From the IMG/VR virus record IMGVR_UViG_3300021962_000120, positions 1-58,892 of that record: 58,892 nucleotides of DNA, one strand, 5' to 3'. Below, in pieces: positions 30,520 to 40,572 of the stretch (position 1 is its first letter; every line of letters starts with the position of its first letter). The position numbers and the translations under genes were made by a program. Below the pieces are notes generated by a model. It ran no database searches, was not told where the DNA came from, and saw only the letters and a list, made by a program, of their open reading frames with translations. The stretch comes from a virus (lineage: Duplodnaviria > Caudoviricetes).

Positions 30520-30558
30520 CGTGTGGTATATATACTACAACAGAAAGTCGGATGTTTA

Positions 30559-31920
30559 ATGCTGAGCATTCAACGACCTACTGACGGTATCACTCTCCTC
30601 AAGAGTGGTAACGATTTGGTTGTTGCTGGTTACGCATCGGTTGAACTTGTTGATAAACAAGGTGACCTTATTACTCGCTCCGCCCTAAAAGATGCCTTTG
30701 ATGGTTTCATGAAGGGTGAAAAGTACCGCAATGTGCAGTTGGCTCATTCCAACATTCAAGTTGGTGAAGTCATTGACTCGTACATTGATTCAAACGGACG
30801 AATGTGGAAATCCGAAGTGGATGACACAGGTATGTTCGTTGTAGTAAAACTCCGCAGTGACATTGAGAAGGCTCGTGAAGTAGCCGCTGAAATCCGCAAG
30901 GGAAACCTTCGTGGATTTTCCATTGGAGGACAAGCATTCAAGCGAGTGCGAAAGTCCGACATGGAAAAAGGCGACTACCAAGAGATTTCAAAAATGGAAT
31001 TGCATGAGGTGACGATTTGTGAAAAGGGCATTAACCCCGAAGCACAATTTCGCATTTTAAAGGAGGACACAAACATGACTGAAGAAAACAGCGATTTGAG
31101 CGAAATTATGTCACGCCTTGAAGCACGATTGGACGCTATGGAGAAGGGAGAACTTCCTCCTCAACTCCGTGAAGCAATGTCCGATAAGAAAGAAGGCGGC
31201 GATGAAAAGAAAGACAAAAAAGAATCCAAAGAAGAGGATGATGAAATGGAAAAGAGCAACGACGAATACAGCGATGTTATCTCGGCAGAATACTTGAGTT
31301 GGATGGAAAACACCCTCAAGTCGGCTGGCGTGGACACCTTGGCCGCACGAAACCACTTTGATGCTCTTGAAAAGGCTCAACTTGGTGGATTTGACAACCC
31401 CGATGCCGTGGACGGTGCTGACTACTTCGCTGGTCAAGTCCGTGGCCGAGGACAGGAGAACGGTTCTCCTTCCACGGGTGCAATCAGTGCTATCACTTCC
31501 AGCGGCGGTAGAACCCCTGCTGGTGCTCTCGGCCCTGTCTCTATGGCTAAGGGTTACCTCAACTCCGACAATGTGAGTGAGGCTGACCTTGAAGCCGCTT
31601 ACGAAGTGTACAAAGCCGCCGCTTTGGAACAACACTTCCGCAACGACCTTGAAGGCAACTTCTCCGCTCGTTTCAACAACGAGATGCGAGTTGCAAAGGC
31701 TGAGGCTGAGAAAGCCGCCTTTGACGCACGAGCACCTTTGTCGGAAATCGTGAAGTCCATTGAGGCACTTTCCGAGCGCATTGACAACATCGGCGCAGGA
31801 GCAGGTACGACCATTAAAAAGTCGGCTTCCTCCGTCAACATTCCCTCAACGCAAGACTTGGCAAACATGGGGTGGGATGAAGTCCACGCCCTCGCACAAC
31901 GCACTTTGCGTGGAGAGTGA
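30559..31920 (+). CDS. Prohead maturation protease fused to scaffold
   Basis: GYAS..VDKQGD, LAHS, GFSIGG, LHEVTIC..GINPEA, then acidic coiled coil; TATATA at about 30527. Confidence 0.9.
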   Translation: MLSIQRPTDGITLLKSGNDLVVAGYASVELVDKQGDLITRSALKDAFDGFMKGEKYRNVQLAHSNIQVGEVIDSYIDSNGRMWKSEVDDTGMFVVVKLRSDIEKAREVAAEIRKGNLRGFSIGGQAFKRVRKSDMEKGDYQEISKMELHEVTICEKGINPEAQFRILKEDTNMTEENSDLSEIMSRLEARLDAMEKGELPPQLREAMSDKKEGGDEKKDKKESKEEDDEMEKSNDEYSDVISAEYLSWMENTLKSAGVDTLAARNHFDALEKAQLGGFDNPDAVDGADYFAGQVRGRGQENGSPSTGAISAITSSGGRTPAGALGPVSMAKGYLNSDNVSEADLEAAYEVYKAAALEQHFRNDLEGNFSARFNNEMRVAKAEAEKAAFDARAPLSEIVKSIEALSERIDNIGAGAGTTIKKSASSVNIPSTQDLANMGWDEVHALAQRTLRGE

Positions 31921-31943
31921 AACACAAACTGAGGTGAACAAAA

Positions 31944-33044
31944 ATGGCAAGAGATTACATCCGAAACATTACTGACATGGAACGCTACTACTATGGCGCA
32001 GGCAACGCAATGGGTTACTCCTACTCCGGTAGCGAGTTGCTCAAGGCTGACGCTCCAATGCTATCCACGACCGCTGGTACTTACCAAGCGATTTATGGAC
32101 GCAAAGTTTGGAGCCAGTTGAACCAAGAGTTCAACGCCTTCTCCATCCTTCCAAAGCGACCTTGGGAACGAAGCGGCTGGCGTGTTATCACGGCTCGCCC
32201 CTCCTTCACTGTTGGTGGCGGTGTGGCTGAGAACGCTACGCTCCCCGACACCACCAAGCCAACCTTCCAGCACATCGCCGCCAAGCCAAAGACTGTCGTG
32301 CACACCTTTGACATGAGCGAAACAGCCATGTTCTTGTCCGACAAGGACGATGGACTGGGCGACATCCGTGCAATCTTGAAGGAAGAAATGGGTAAGCACC
32401 ACGCTGAGCACATCAACAAAATGCTGACCACCGACAAGGCTACCGCCGCTGGTAACAACTTTGAGTCCCTTGACCGTGTTACTGTTGGTGCCTCCGCCTC
32501 CACTGATGAGGACATGTACTCCATTGACCGCAGTGCAAACTCGTGGTCGTTGGCTGAGCACAACCAAAACAGTGGTACCGACCGCAACTTGTCCCTTGAC
32601 CAATTGGACGACTTGTTCCAAAAGACTTGGACTCGTGGTGGTAACCCCAAGGTCATCCTTACGGGGTACGACACGCTCATGCGCCTTCAGCAACTCCTCC
32701 AATCGCAACAGCGATTCATGGAAGAGAAGCGTGTTACGCCTACTTACAACGGTGTGAAAGGTGTTCCCGGTATTGAGGCTGGTTTCATCGTGGCTACCTA
32801 CAACGGTGTTCCAATCATCCCCTCAAAGGATGTTCAAACCGACACTTTGAGCCGCATGTACTTCCTTGACACGGACTACCTGTATTTCAGCACTGCAATT
32901 CCAACCCAATACTTTGAGAGCGGTATTGAAACTGGCGACCCATTCGCCATCAACCGCCTCGGCCAAGAGGGAATGTACCGTACCATGGGTGAACTATGGA
33001 CGACTTTCTTCGGCGGTCATGGTTCCATCCGTGACCTCAAGTGA
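31944..33044 (+). CDS. Major capsid protein (HK97 fold)
   Basis: Follows the protease; strong RBS; biased codon use; 366 aa; YNGVPII-type motif. Confidence 0.9.
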   Translation: MARDYIRNITDMERYYYGAGNAMGYSYSGSELLKADAPMLSTTAGTYQAIYGRKVWSQLNQEFNAFSILPKRPWERSGWRVITARPSFTVGGGVAENATLPDTTKPTFQHIAAKPKTVVHTFDMSETAMFLSDKDDGLGDIRAILKEEMGKHHAEHINKMLTTDKATAAGNNFESLDRVTVGASASTDEDMYSIDRSANSWSLAEHNQNSGTDRNLSLDQLDDLFQKTWTRGGNPKVILTGYDTLMRLQQLLQSQQRFMEEKRVTPTYNGVKGVPGIEAGFIVATYNGVPIIPSKDVQTDTLSRMYFLDTDYLYFSTAIPTQYFESGIETGDPFAINRLGQEGMYRTMGELWTTFFGGHGSIRDLK

Positions 33045-33078
33045 GGGTTGAAACAAAAACACATTGAGGTGAAAAAAT

Positions 33079-33492
33079 ATGGCAAAACAACTTGTATTGA
33101 CTGGAACTGCAACTGCGGCCCTCGTTGGCGCATGGGAACTTCGTGCTGGCTCGCATGACACGACCGAATGGTTGGATGGCGCAAAGGATGTCACCTACCC
33201 CGGTGGTGGCCCCGACACCTTCTCGGCCTCCAACGCCGATGGTGCTAATGGCTACGATGCCGCTCCTAAGATGGCTTTGATTACTCTTACAAATGCCGCT
33301 GATGCTCAAACCATCATCCTTACGGAAGGCACGACTGACACCCGTACCCCTACTATCTTCTCGGCATTCGTGACGAGCGGTGTGGCGGCGGCGGCTCAGA
33401 CCCTTGGTTTGACCATCAGCGGTGGCACGGTTACCCTTGAGGCATCGGGTACTAACACTGGAACGAGCCAACTGATGGTGCTGTACGACTGA
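33079..33492 (+). CDS. Virion structural protein (possible capsid decoration)
   Basis: Ala/Thr/Gly-rich beta protein right after the MCP; GAGGTGA RBS. Confidence 0.6.
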   Translation: MAKQLVLTGTATAALVGAWELRAGSHDTTEWLDGAKDVTYPGGGPDTFSASNADGANGYDAAPKMALITLTNAADAQTIILTEGTTDTRTPTIFSAFVTSGVAAAAQTLGLTISGGTVTLEASGTNTGTSQLMVLYD

Positions 33493-33503
33493 GGCTGATT
33501 TGA

Positions 33504-33830
33504 ATGCCCACGGTGACCTTTACTGGGCCTTTTTACGAGCGGAGGCGGCGAGATACTGCTTCTCCGTGGCTTCGTGGAGAGGTTGTTGAGGTTACTCAAG
33601 AGTGGTTGAACGAGTGGCGACACACGCTACCCGCAAAGCACTTCCTCATTGAAGGCGATGAAGGAGTCACCGTTGATGGTGGCAATGACGGCATCCCCGA
33701 CAACGGCTGGTCACGAAAGGACATCCTTAAGTGGCTGGACGATAACGGAGTGGACAAGGGTAACGGGTATCTAACGAAATCCGCCGCTCTCGCTCTTGTT
33801 GATGAGCATTTGAATCCAACAGAAGAATGA
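33504..33830 (+). CDS. Hypothetical protein with C-terminal helix-extension-helix-like motif
   Basis: WSRKDILKWLDDNGV...TKSAALALV. Confidence 0.65.
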   Translation: MPTVTFTGPFYERRRRDTASPWLRGEVVEVTQEWLNEWRHTLPAKHFLIEGDEGVTVDGGNDGIPDNGWSRKDILKWLDDNGVDKGNGYLTKSAALALVDEHLNPTEE

Positions 33831-33841
33831 GGTGAAAAAAT

Positions 33842-34186
33842 ATGGCAGGCGAAGTTTCCACAGGCGTAACAATTGACGCAAGACCAACAGTATTTGGCGA
33901 CAGAATGATTATCACAGGCACTTATGACGCTGGTGACAACTACATTGATTTGAGTAGTTTCTTTAGTGAAATTGACTTTGCTGGTGTGAACGCAAGTGGC
34001 GTTTTGGCGGCAGAAGTTATCACAGACACAGGTGCAGTTCCAGCAACTCAAAATGTATTGTTTAATCCACAAGTTCGTATTGATGGCACTGCTCTTCGTA
34101 TTGCGAGTGCATTGGCTAACGGTACAATTGAAGATAGTGCAGTAACTCAAGCAGGTACATTCATCGCTATTGGTCGCCGTGCATGA
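33842..34186 (+). CDS. Virion structural protein (hypothetical)
   Basis: Same tgaggtgaaaaaatatggca start context as the gene at 33079. Confidence 0.65.
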   Translation: MAGEVSTGVTIDARPTVFGDRMIITGTYDAGDNYIDLSSFFSEIDFAGVNASGVLAAEVITDTGAVPATQNVLFNPQVRIDGTALRIASALANGTIEDSAVTQAGTFIAIGRRA

Positions 34187-34197
34187 GGTGAGTCCTC

Positions 34198-34380
34198 ATG
34201 GCGGTAAGTCCAACGGTGAAGGTGCTCGGCCCTTACTCCCCCAAGGAGTTTAGTGACCTCAGTACGCTCAGTGCGCTGATTACCAGCGAAGCGGCTTCTC
34301 TTGCTGGAAGTGCGCTGATTTCGGCTGAGCCGATTACGGTGCTTGGAAATGTCTTTGTTGTCTTTACCACCGTTCCTTGA
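34198..34380 (+). CDS. Small hypothetical protein
   Basis: GAGGTGA RBS; fits the operon. Confidence 0.65.
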   Translation: MAVSPTVKVLGPYSPKEFSDLSTLSALITSEAASLAGSALISAEPITVLGNVFVVFTTVP

Positions 34381-34389
34381 GGTGGTTAG

Positions 34390-34689
34390 GTGGCATTTGA
34401 TGTCCGAAGCATTGACCTAAGCGACATTGTTCGTGCTGGTAAGCAAGACCGTAAGGCTGACTACGAGTACGGCGGCGAGGTGGTGAGAAACCCACAGCGA
34501 CCGCTTGAGGGCATTACACAGTCTCAGCGCAACCGCAATCAAGAAATAGGTGACATCCTTAACATTGGTTCGGGTACACGCTGTAAGCACTGCGGGTTTC
34601 TCCACTTCCTGTGGAGAGCCACCTGTGGGGCTTGCAACAAACCGATGGAATACAATTTAGGACATCGTGACGAAAAGAAGAGGTTGTAA
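34390..34689 (+). CDS. Zn-ribbon protein
   Basis: CKHC...CGAC; GAGGTGG RBS. Confidence 0.7.
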   Translation: MAFDVRSIDLSDIVRAGKQDRKADYEYGGEVVRNPQRPLEGITQSQRNRNQEIGDILNIGSGTRCKHCGFLHFLWRATCGACNKPMEYNLGHRDEKKRL

Positions 34690-34691
34690 GT

Positions 34692-35447
34692 ATGAAGGTA
34701 CTGATTAAAGCAATGCGACCGCACCGACAAAAGGTGCTGACTGAAGATGGCGAAGAAATGCGTTTGCAACAATGGGCAAACAAAAAGGCATCAGCCGCTC
34801 TTCGCACTGCTGGCGGAGAGGCCAGTGGAGAACAATTCACACAGGCTCGTGATGCTCTCATGCGTGATGCTGTGGCCAATCCCCAAGAGCATGGCCTCAA
34901 GTTTATGGGTGAGCGTATGCCCTTTGAAGGTCAAACCTTGGAAGAGTCGCTGAGCGAACCCGATGTTGAGGCTGAACAAGGAGCAATTGATGAACAGTTT
35001 GGCCCCGAATCCGGCCCGGATATGAGTGAAAAAGACATGCACGATGAAGCACTGGCCGATTGGGAAGCCCGTCAAAGTGACATCAATTTTTCTCGTGAGC
35101 AAGGACATACCGAAGGATTTGAAGGTAAGCCGTATCATGAAATGGAGCAAGAGGAATTGGATGCTGACAAAAAGCGTTTTTATGGCATGTACCCTCATTT
35201 GAAACCTCAAGAAGAAGGTGGTTTTGACCCCGATGCTGAGGCTGAACACCTCCGCCGCATCATGACCTCTCGTGATGTTGCTATGCGTGATGCTTGGAGT
35301 GTGTTGAAAAGAGATTTTTTTAACCCACCAAAAGTTCCATGCGCTAAGTGTGGAAGGCCAACCGAACCAATGATGTATTATGGTTCTAACGAAATGGGGC
35401 CACAAGATAACACTCTTTGTGAGCAGTGTGAAGATGAAATGCAGTGA
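34692..35447 (+). CDS. Acidic protein with MKVLIK leader, internal linker (AMRDAWSVLK) and terminal Zn ribbon
   Basis: Linker at about 35280-35309; CAKC...CEQC follows it. Confidence 0.75.
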   Translation: MKVLIKAMRPHRQKVLTEDGEEMRLQQWANKKASAALRTAGGEASGEQFTQARDALMRDAVANPQEHGLKFMGERMPFEGQTLEESLSEPDVEAEQGAIDEQFGPESGPDMSEKDMHDEALADWEARQSDINFSREQGHTEGFEGKPYHEMEQEELDADKKRFYGMYPHLKPQEEGGFDPDAEAEHLRRIMTSRDVAMRDAWSVLKRDFFNPPKVPCAKCGRPTEPMMYYGSNEMGPQDNTLCEQCEDEMQ

Positions 35448-35460
35448 GGGGGTTTGATGT

Positions 35461-37035
35461 ATGCCAGTAGTGTTCAGTCCCGGTGAGCCGGAAACCCGGC
35501 CTCTTGACCCCACCGCTGTAGTGTACTGCACCGCCCAACAAGTCGCTGACCTGCTGGACATTGGCCCGCAAGACGCTATCCTCATGAGTGCTGACGCTGA
35601 TACGGATGCCGTGTACATCACAGGCAACGAGTTTCGTCAAGTGGGTTTTAGCGTAGGCGACAAAATCCGTGTGTACAGTGACGCTGACCCCTTCGGTGAG
35701 GATGATTTGGAAATCACCGCTATTGGGCGAGGGGCTGGCGGCAAGGCTGGACATGTCAAACTTACTTTTAGTGGGGCTACGCTGACAACTACGGATTACG
35801 AGGTAGCCGACAACGGGTATGTACAGAACAAAGCCTCGTTCACCAATGGGCGAGTTCGTGGACTGACCAAGGATAAGGTGGAGCATGTCATTCTCAAAAT
35901 GCAAGACCGCATAGACAACATGACTCGCAACGCATGGCGACCGTATTTGGTGGCCGCTGAGTACATCAACTTTGACACTTACAAGCCCTACCGCCGCCGC
36001 TACTACACAGATTATGTCGGTACCAGCCCACTGCTGTTTCGCAATGTACAGCAAATGCTTCGCATTGAATTGTGGCAAGGTGATGATTACCGAGAGATTG
36101 CGGCGGCTGAGGCACGCATTAAGTTCAACGATGTGTCAAATCTTTCATCAGCAAACATTTACCTTTCACCGGGCAACGGTAGTGTAGCAACGCTCGCACA
36201 AGGCACAGGCACAGGCCAGTGGCGTGATGACTTTGATGCCACCACTGTCGCTCAAAACCTCGCTGACCTCATCAACAAGGAGGACAGGGTGAACAAAGCG
36301 GCTGTTGCTTTTTCACCAGCATTTACTTTAGAAGGCTCCACTGCCAATGTAGCCGTTCACAACGAGTTCTTTGCATCAGCCAACAGCGACTACGGCACGG
36401 GTGTGGTGAAGGTCACTTCCATGCGCCCTGTCAAGGCTGGTGAGGTGTGTAGCATCGTCGTGGACAGCAGTGACATTGAACTTGACCAAGTACAGTCGGC
36501 AAGTACCACCGCATCGGCTGAGGCTGGTGGCACGATTACAGTAGCATCCACTACCGATTTCGTACAGGCTGGTGTGGCTACAGACGGCACGAATGTTTTC
36601 CGTTACACGGGTAAAACGGCCACGACCTTTACCGGGTGTGTTGTTGTGACCGGCTCCTTGCCTTCCAGCGGTACGATTACGCAGAAATCATTCCTTGTGG
36701 ACTTGCAAGGTGGAAGCGGAAGCGGTGATGTAGGTCGTTTGCGAGACTGGTGGATTGACCATGAAATGGGCATCATTTACTTCAACAACTCCTATCCGTT
36801 CTTTGAATGGAATGCAATTAAGGTGGCGTACATTTACGGTGAGCGATATGTGGAAAAAGCCATTGAGGATATTTGTGTAAAGATGGTGGCCATTGAATTG
36901 CTGATGGCTGACGACCGTAGCGTGCTGATTCCCGAAGGGACTCAAAACATTGACCTCGCCAGCAAGGTACAACTGTATCAAGCCGAGATTGAGCGAACCC
37001 TACCAAAGTACATTGAGATGGTGGTGTTTGAGTGA
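35461..37035 (+). CDS. Head-tail adaptor-like protein with inserted beta domains
   Basis: YCTAQQV start, IDNMTR, and IKVAYIYG..V.KAIEDIC end are typical of adaptors. Confidence 0.65.
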   Translation: MPVVFSPGEPETRPLDPTAVVYCTAQQVADLLDIGPQDAILMSADADTDAVYITGNEFRQVGFSVGDKIRVYSDADPFGEDDLEITAIGRGAGGKAGHVKLTFSGATLTTTDYEVADNGYVQNKASFTNGRVRGLTKDKVEHVILKMQDRIDNMTRNAWRPYLVAAEYINFDTYKPYRRRYYTDYVGTSPLLFRNVQQMLRIELWQGDDYREIAAAEARIKFNDVSNLSSANIYLSPGNGSVATLAQGTGTGQWRDDFDATTVAQNLADLINKEDRVNKAAVAFSPAFTLEGSTANVAVHNEFFASANSDYGTGVVKVTSMRPVKAGEVCSIVVDSSDIELDQVQSASTTASAEAGGTITVASTTDFVQAGVATDGTNVFRYTGKTATTFTGCVVVTGSLPSSGTITQKSFLVDLQGGSGSGDVGRLRDWWIDHEMGIIYFNNSYPFFEWNAIKVAYIYGERYVEKAIEDICVKMVAIELLMADDRSVLIPEGTQNIDLASKVQLYQAEIERTLPKYIEMVVFE

Positions 37036-37400
37036 ATCAGCGTGATTTCATGCGTGAGGGTGAAAACATTCACCAGCGTTTGATTGAAGAAGTTTTCAAG
37101 AAAGACAAGCACATGCAGGCACAATTTCGTGAGCAATTCACGACTCAACCCGCTTCGTTTCGTGAGCAAATGGAGCGCATTGAGGCTGGTGCTAAGGGCT
37201 TCACCATTCAAGACGGTTATCCTATCAGCAATCAAACAGGCGAGCCAGCCAGCGAGATTGAGTACAAACTCATCCAAGAGGCTACTGATAAGGCGATGAT
37301 GCGTCAAAACCCCGACCTTGAGCGGTTTAACATGCGCTATGACAACGGCTTTTTTATCCCCATTGACTTCAAGAAAATCATTGAGAAGGAGGGGCTGTGA
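37032..37400 (+). CDS. Hypothetical neck-region protein
   Basis: GTGA overlaps on both sides. Confidence 0.65.
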   Translation: MNQRDFMREGENIHQRLIEEVFKKDKHMQAQFREQFTTQPASFREQMERIEAGAKGFTIQDGYPISNQTGEPASEIEYKLIQEATDKAMMRQNPDLERFNMRYDNGFFIPIDFKKIIEKEGL

Positions 37401-37849
37401 TGGTCGCCACATGGACTGAGGGGCTGGACTCTCTCATCAACCTTTTCAAGAGCGATTGGAACCGTGCCAACACCAGCAATTATCGCCCCGTGGTTATTGA
37501 TATTGCTGATACTACCGCTGAGCATGGAAAGCGTCTTGACTTGGAAAAGCATGATTATGTGCTGGTGTACGAAACAGCCCACAACGAAGAGGCACCCGAA
37601 CTGTTTTACGACTTTGTAACGACACGCATAAATATCACGGTGGATGTCCGAACAGTTAAGGGGCGCAAGCATTTACAAGCCCTTGAGAACGAAGTGCGGA
37701 GGGTGATACATACCAAGAGGAAAGGCGACGGTACAAACTTTGACCGACTCGTGTTCAAAACCCGCACTGATTTGAGTGACCGAAGCAAGTTCCTTTTCCG
37801 TATGACATTCCAAATTGAAGTCGTGATTTTAGCGGAACTGATACCATAG
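37397..37849 (+). CDS. Probable tail terminator/completion protein
   Basis: 150 aa immediately before the tail tube; alpha/beta pattern. Confidence 0.6.
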   Translation: MMVATWTEGLDSLINLFKSDWNRANTSNYRPVVIDIADTTAEHGKRLDLEKHDYVLVYETAHNEEAPELFYDFVTTRINITVDVRTVKGRKHLQALENEVRRVIHTKRKGDGTNFDRLVFKTRTDLSDRSKFLFRMTFQIEVVILAELIP

Positions 37850-37859
37850 GTGAACAAGA

Positions 37860-39743
37860 ATGCCATCAACAGTGTACAAGGGCGATTTGGCGGAGGTTTC
37901 CTTTGCTCCCGAAGTTGGAATCAGTATCGTATGTGCTTCGGGCAGTGATGGAACATTTGTCCTTTCACACCCTGCCGCTGGTGACCACTCAAAATTGGTG
38001 TTTACAGGTGCAAACGCCGTGTTGTTTGACACCAACAATTTGCGATACCCCGATGGAATGCTGGTTGGCTCTCAAGTAAAGTTCACCCGAAGTTCGGGGT
38101 CTGCTATTGCAAATGGCGACTTAGACCGTGTGTTCACCATCGTGGGCAATGACGGGCCAAACTTGTACTTGTCTCCTAAAATGCTCACAGGAGCGACTAC
38201 AATCAACGATGCAAATGTCACTCTCCACATCCTACCCTACAAAACTCCTCCTCTTGATTCAGCAATGTCTCAAGGTGCTAACAGCGAGTCTGTTTTGACT
38301 GACCAATTCCTCGGTATCGCTAACGCTCTTACCCTCCCCGAAACCAAAATGGACTTGAAGCGATTCCATGTTGTTGGTCTTGGCCGAGATACCAGCGTGC
38401 AAGTGCCGGGTAAGTTCATCACCGAAGGTGGCTCGTTTGAGGTTGCTATGCACAGTGCCCGATGGCTCAAATACTGCCTCGGTGGAGAAGTGGTGACCAA
38501 CGGTTCTAATTCCGATGTTACGACCGATTTAAGTGCCGCCACAGAAGCGGGTCAAAGTTTTATTACTGTTGATTCAGTAACCAATTTTGACATAAACAAG
38601 TATGTCATCATTCAAGACACGAACTACACACCAGTCACAACCACTCATGATGCTGACATCAGTGATGCCGCTTTGCAGTGGGATGGTACTTTCACTGATA
38701 CCCGATTTGACACGGCTCTTCGCAGTGAGGCTCGCCGCATTATCGGTGTTGATGGAAACAAGATTTACTTGGATGAACCTCTTCAATACCCTCATCCTGT
38801 GATTGTTGATGGTGTTCATCTGAGAGAATACGGTACAAACGCCGCCACACGAAACGCTCCACTTGTTACCGTGTCGGGTAGTACAGCAACGATTACCGAT
38901 GCACAAACTCACCTTCTTTTCACCAACACCTATCAGCCATCATTCAGCCTTGAAGTGTCGCAACGCCGCCGGAATGTGGACTCCGACGAAGGAGCCGTTG
39001 ATGGTGGCCCTACTGACTCAAAGGAATTAACCCGTGTGTTCCGTGGATGCAAGGTCACTGACTTCACCATGACCACGGATAACGATGCCGCTCTCCGATT
39101 GGCTGTGAACTTCAACGCCGCCTTGTGCTACACAGATACGGCTCGTTTGAACGGTAACCCTTCAAAATACGCCGCTCGTCGTATGTTTGACGATACCGCC
39201 AACACGGACACCAACAGATACATTTCGGGTATTGCGCCCTGCACTCAAAAACCATTCATGTTTTACAACGGTTCCATCAACATGGCAGGTGTTCAAGTTG
39301 CTCAAGTGTTGAACTTTACGCTGACTGGGCAAACGGGTATGCAGGCTTTCCACACCATTGGAGGTCAAAGTAGCGTCAATTCGGCTACTGAGCAAGTACC
39401 ATTCGGTGGCTCTCGTAACACCAACATCATGGTTGAGGGTCAAACATCCTATGAGATGACGATGGAAATTGGTGTTGATGACCCCTTGTTCTTCCACAAA
39501 ATGCGCTCCGCTACTGAGTTCAACAGTAGCAAGGAAGGACTTGCTGACAATCAAATCCGCATTGACTTTGAAAAGACGACCACTGAGGGCGAAACTGAAC
39601 GCATGATGCTCATTATTGATGATTATTACATCGTTGAAGCACCACTTCAAATCCCCGAAGACAAGGGCATGGTGAAGTCGCAACTCAAAATCATGCCAAA
39701 GACCATCAAGGTTATTGCACGAGATACCATCATCAAATACTGA
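37860..39743 (+). CDS. Major tail (tube) protein with inserted domains
   Basis: RVFRGCKVTDFTMT and PFMFYNGSI tube-like motifs; position. Confidence 0.75.
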   Translation: MPSTVYKGDLAEVSFAPEVGISIVCASGSDGTFVLSHPAAGDHSKLVFTGANAVLFDTNNLRYPDGMLVGSQVKFTRSSGSAIANGDLDRVFTIVGNDGPNLYLSPKMLTGATTINDANVTLHILPYKTPPLDSAMSQGANSESVLTDQFLGIANALTLPETKMDLKRFHVVGLGRDTSVQVPGKFITEGGSFEVAMHSARWLKYCLGGEVVTNGSNSDVTTDLSAATEAGQSFITVDSVTNFDINKYVIIQDTNYTPVTTTHDADISDAALQWDGTFTDTRFDTALRSEARRIIGVDGNKIYLDEPLQYPHPVIVDGVHLREYGTNAATRNAPLVTVSGSTATITDAQTHLLFTNTYQPSFSLEVSQRRRNVDSDEGAVDGGPTDSKELTRVFRGCKVTDFTMTTDNDAALRLAVNFNAALCYTDTARLNGNPSKYAARRMFDDTANTDTNRYISGIAPCTQKPFMFYNGSINMAGVQVAQVLNFTLTGQTGMQAFHTIGGQSSVNSATEQVPFGGSRNTNIMVEGQTSYEMTMEIGVDDPLFFHKMRSATEFNSSKEGLADNQIRIDFEKTTTEGETERMMLIIDDYYIVEAPLQIPEDKGMVKSQLKIMPKTIKVIARDTIIKY

Positions 39744-39752
39744 GGAATTGGA

Positions 39753-40247
39753 ATGCGAACTTCACTTCAACAATACCGCCGTCTTGGTTCGCTTGCATAC
39801 GCTCGTTGGGTGTGCGAGGCAAACGGTGTTGAGTTCAGCGATGACATGGTGGCTTTGATGGACAACCACGCTATCCACGCTCATGTGGAGAGCCTGTTGG
39901 ATGTTGTGTTTGCTCCTGCTAACGAACCAGCACCGTTGGTGGAGGAAGAGATTGTGAACCCTTTCCCCGCTGACCTTCAAGAATACGATTCATTGACCGT
40001 TGCAGAACTGCGTGCTCTTTGCAAAGAGCGTGGCCTGCCTGTGTACGGCACCAAGGCTGAAATCGTTTTGCGCCTCAAGCAAAACGACGAAGGCATCATT
40101 CCCGAAGAGGAATCGGAAAGCCCTGCCGAAGAGGTGGCCCTTGAAGATGACTCGGAAGCCCCTACCGAAGAGGTAGCCGCATCCAATGGAGAGGAAACTG
40201 ATGAGCAAAACAGTGGTAACGAACAAGAGCCTGCTATTGAAGAATGA
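39753..40247 (+). CDS. SAP-domain protein with acidic tail
   Basis: YDSLTVAELRALCKERGLPVYGTKAEIVLRL matches the SAP consensus. Confidence 0.8.
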   Translation: MRTSLQQYRRLGSLAYARWVCEANGVEFSDDMVALMDNHAIHAHVESLLDVVFAPANEPAPLVEEEIVNPFPADLQEYDSLTVAELRALCKERGLPVYGTKAEIVLRLKQNDEGIIPEEESESPAEEVALEDDSEAPTEEVAASNGEETDEQNSGNEQEPAIEE

Positions 40248-40572
40248 CGATACGACCAAGCATGTAGTTGGGATTGACCCCAACGACGATACGCAGGTCA
40301 TTGAGGTATGGGTACGAGACATCTCATTCCTTGACATCCAAGCCGCCGCACAACACATGCTTCGTGTGGAAAAAGGCGATGTTACTCTTGATTTGGCTGG
40401 CTACTGGCGATTTGCCTTCTCCAATTGGATTACCAAAACCAACCCCAGTTTGACGACTGATGAATTACTTTCCCTCAAAGGTTACATTGGCGAGCAAGTC
40501 TGTAAAGTGCTCCCGCAGCCACAGGAGTTGGCGGAGGCTATGCAAGGGGGGTTTACGAAGCCGAGCGAGTGA
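40201..40572 (+). CDS. Tail assembly chaperone (G-like)
   Basis: Between tube and tape measure; ATG 40201 after GAGG. Confidence 0.6.
   Translation: MSKTVVTNKSLLLKNDDTTKHVVGIDPNDDTQVIEVWVRDISFLDIQAAAQHMLRVEKGDVTLDLAGYWRFAFSNWITKTNPSLTTDELLSLKGYIGEQVCKVLPQPQELAEAMQGGFTKPSE

Noticed and set aside
32061-32708. Long antisense ORFs over the capsid gene (also over terL and 34791-36078)
   Set aside because: Expected by-product of codon bias on the sense strand; no start signals or motifs.
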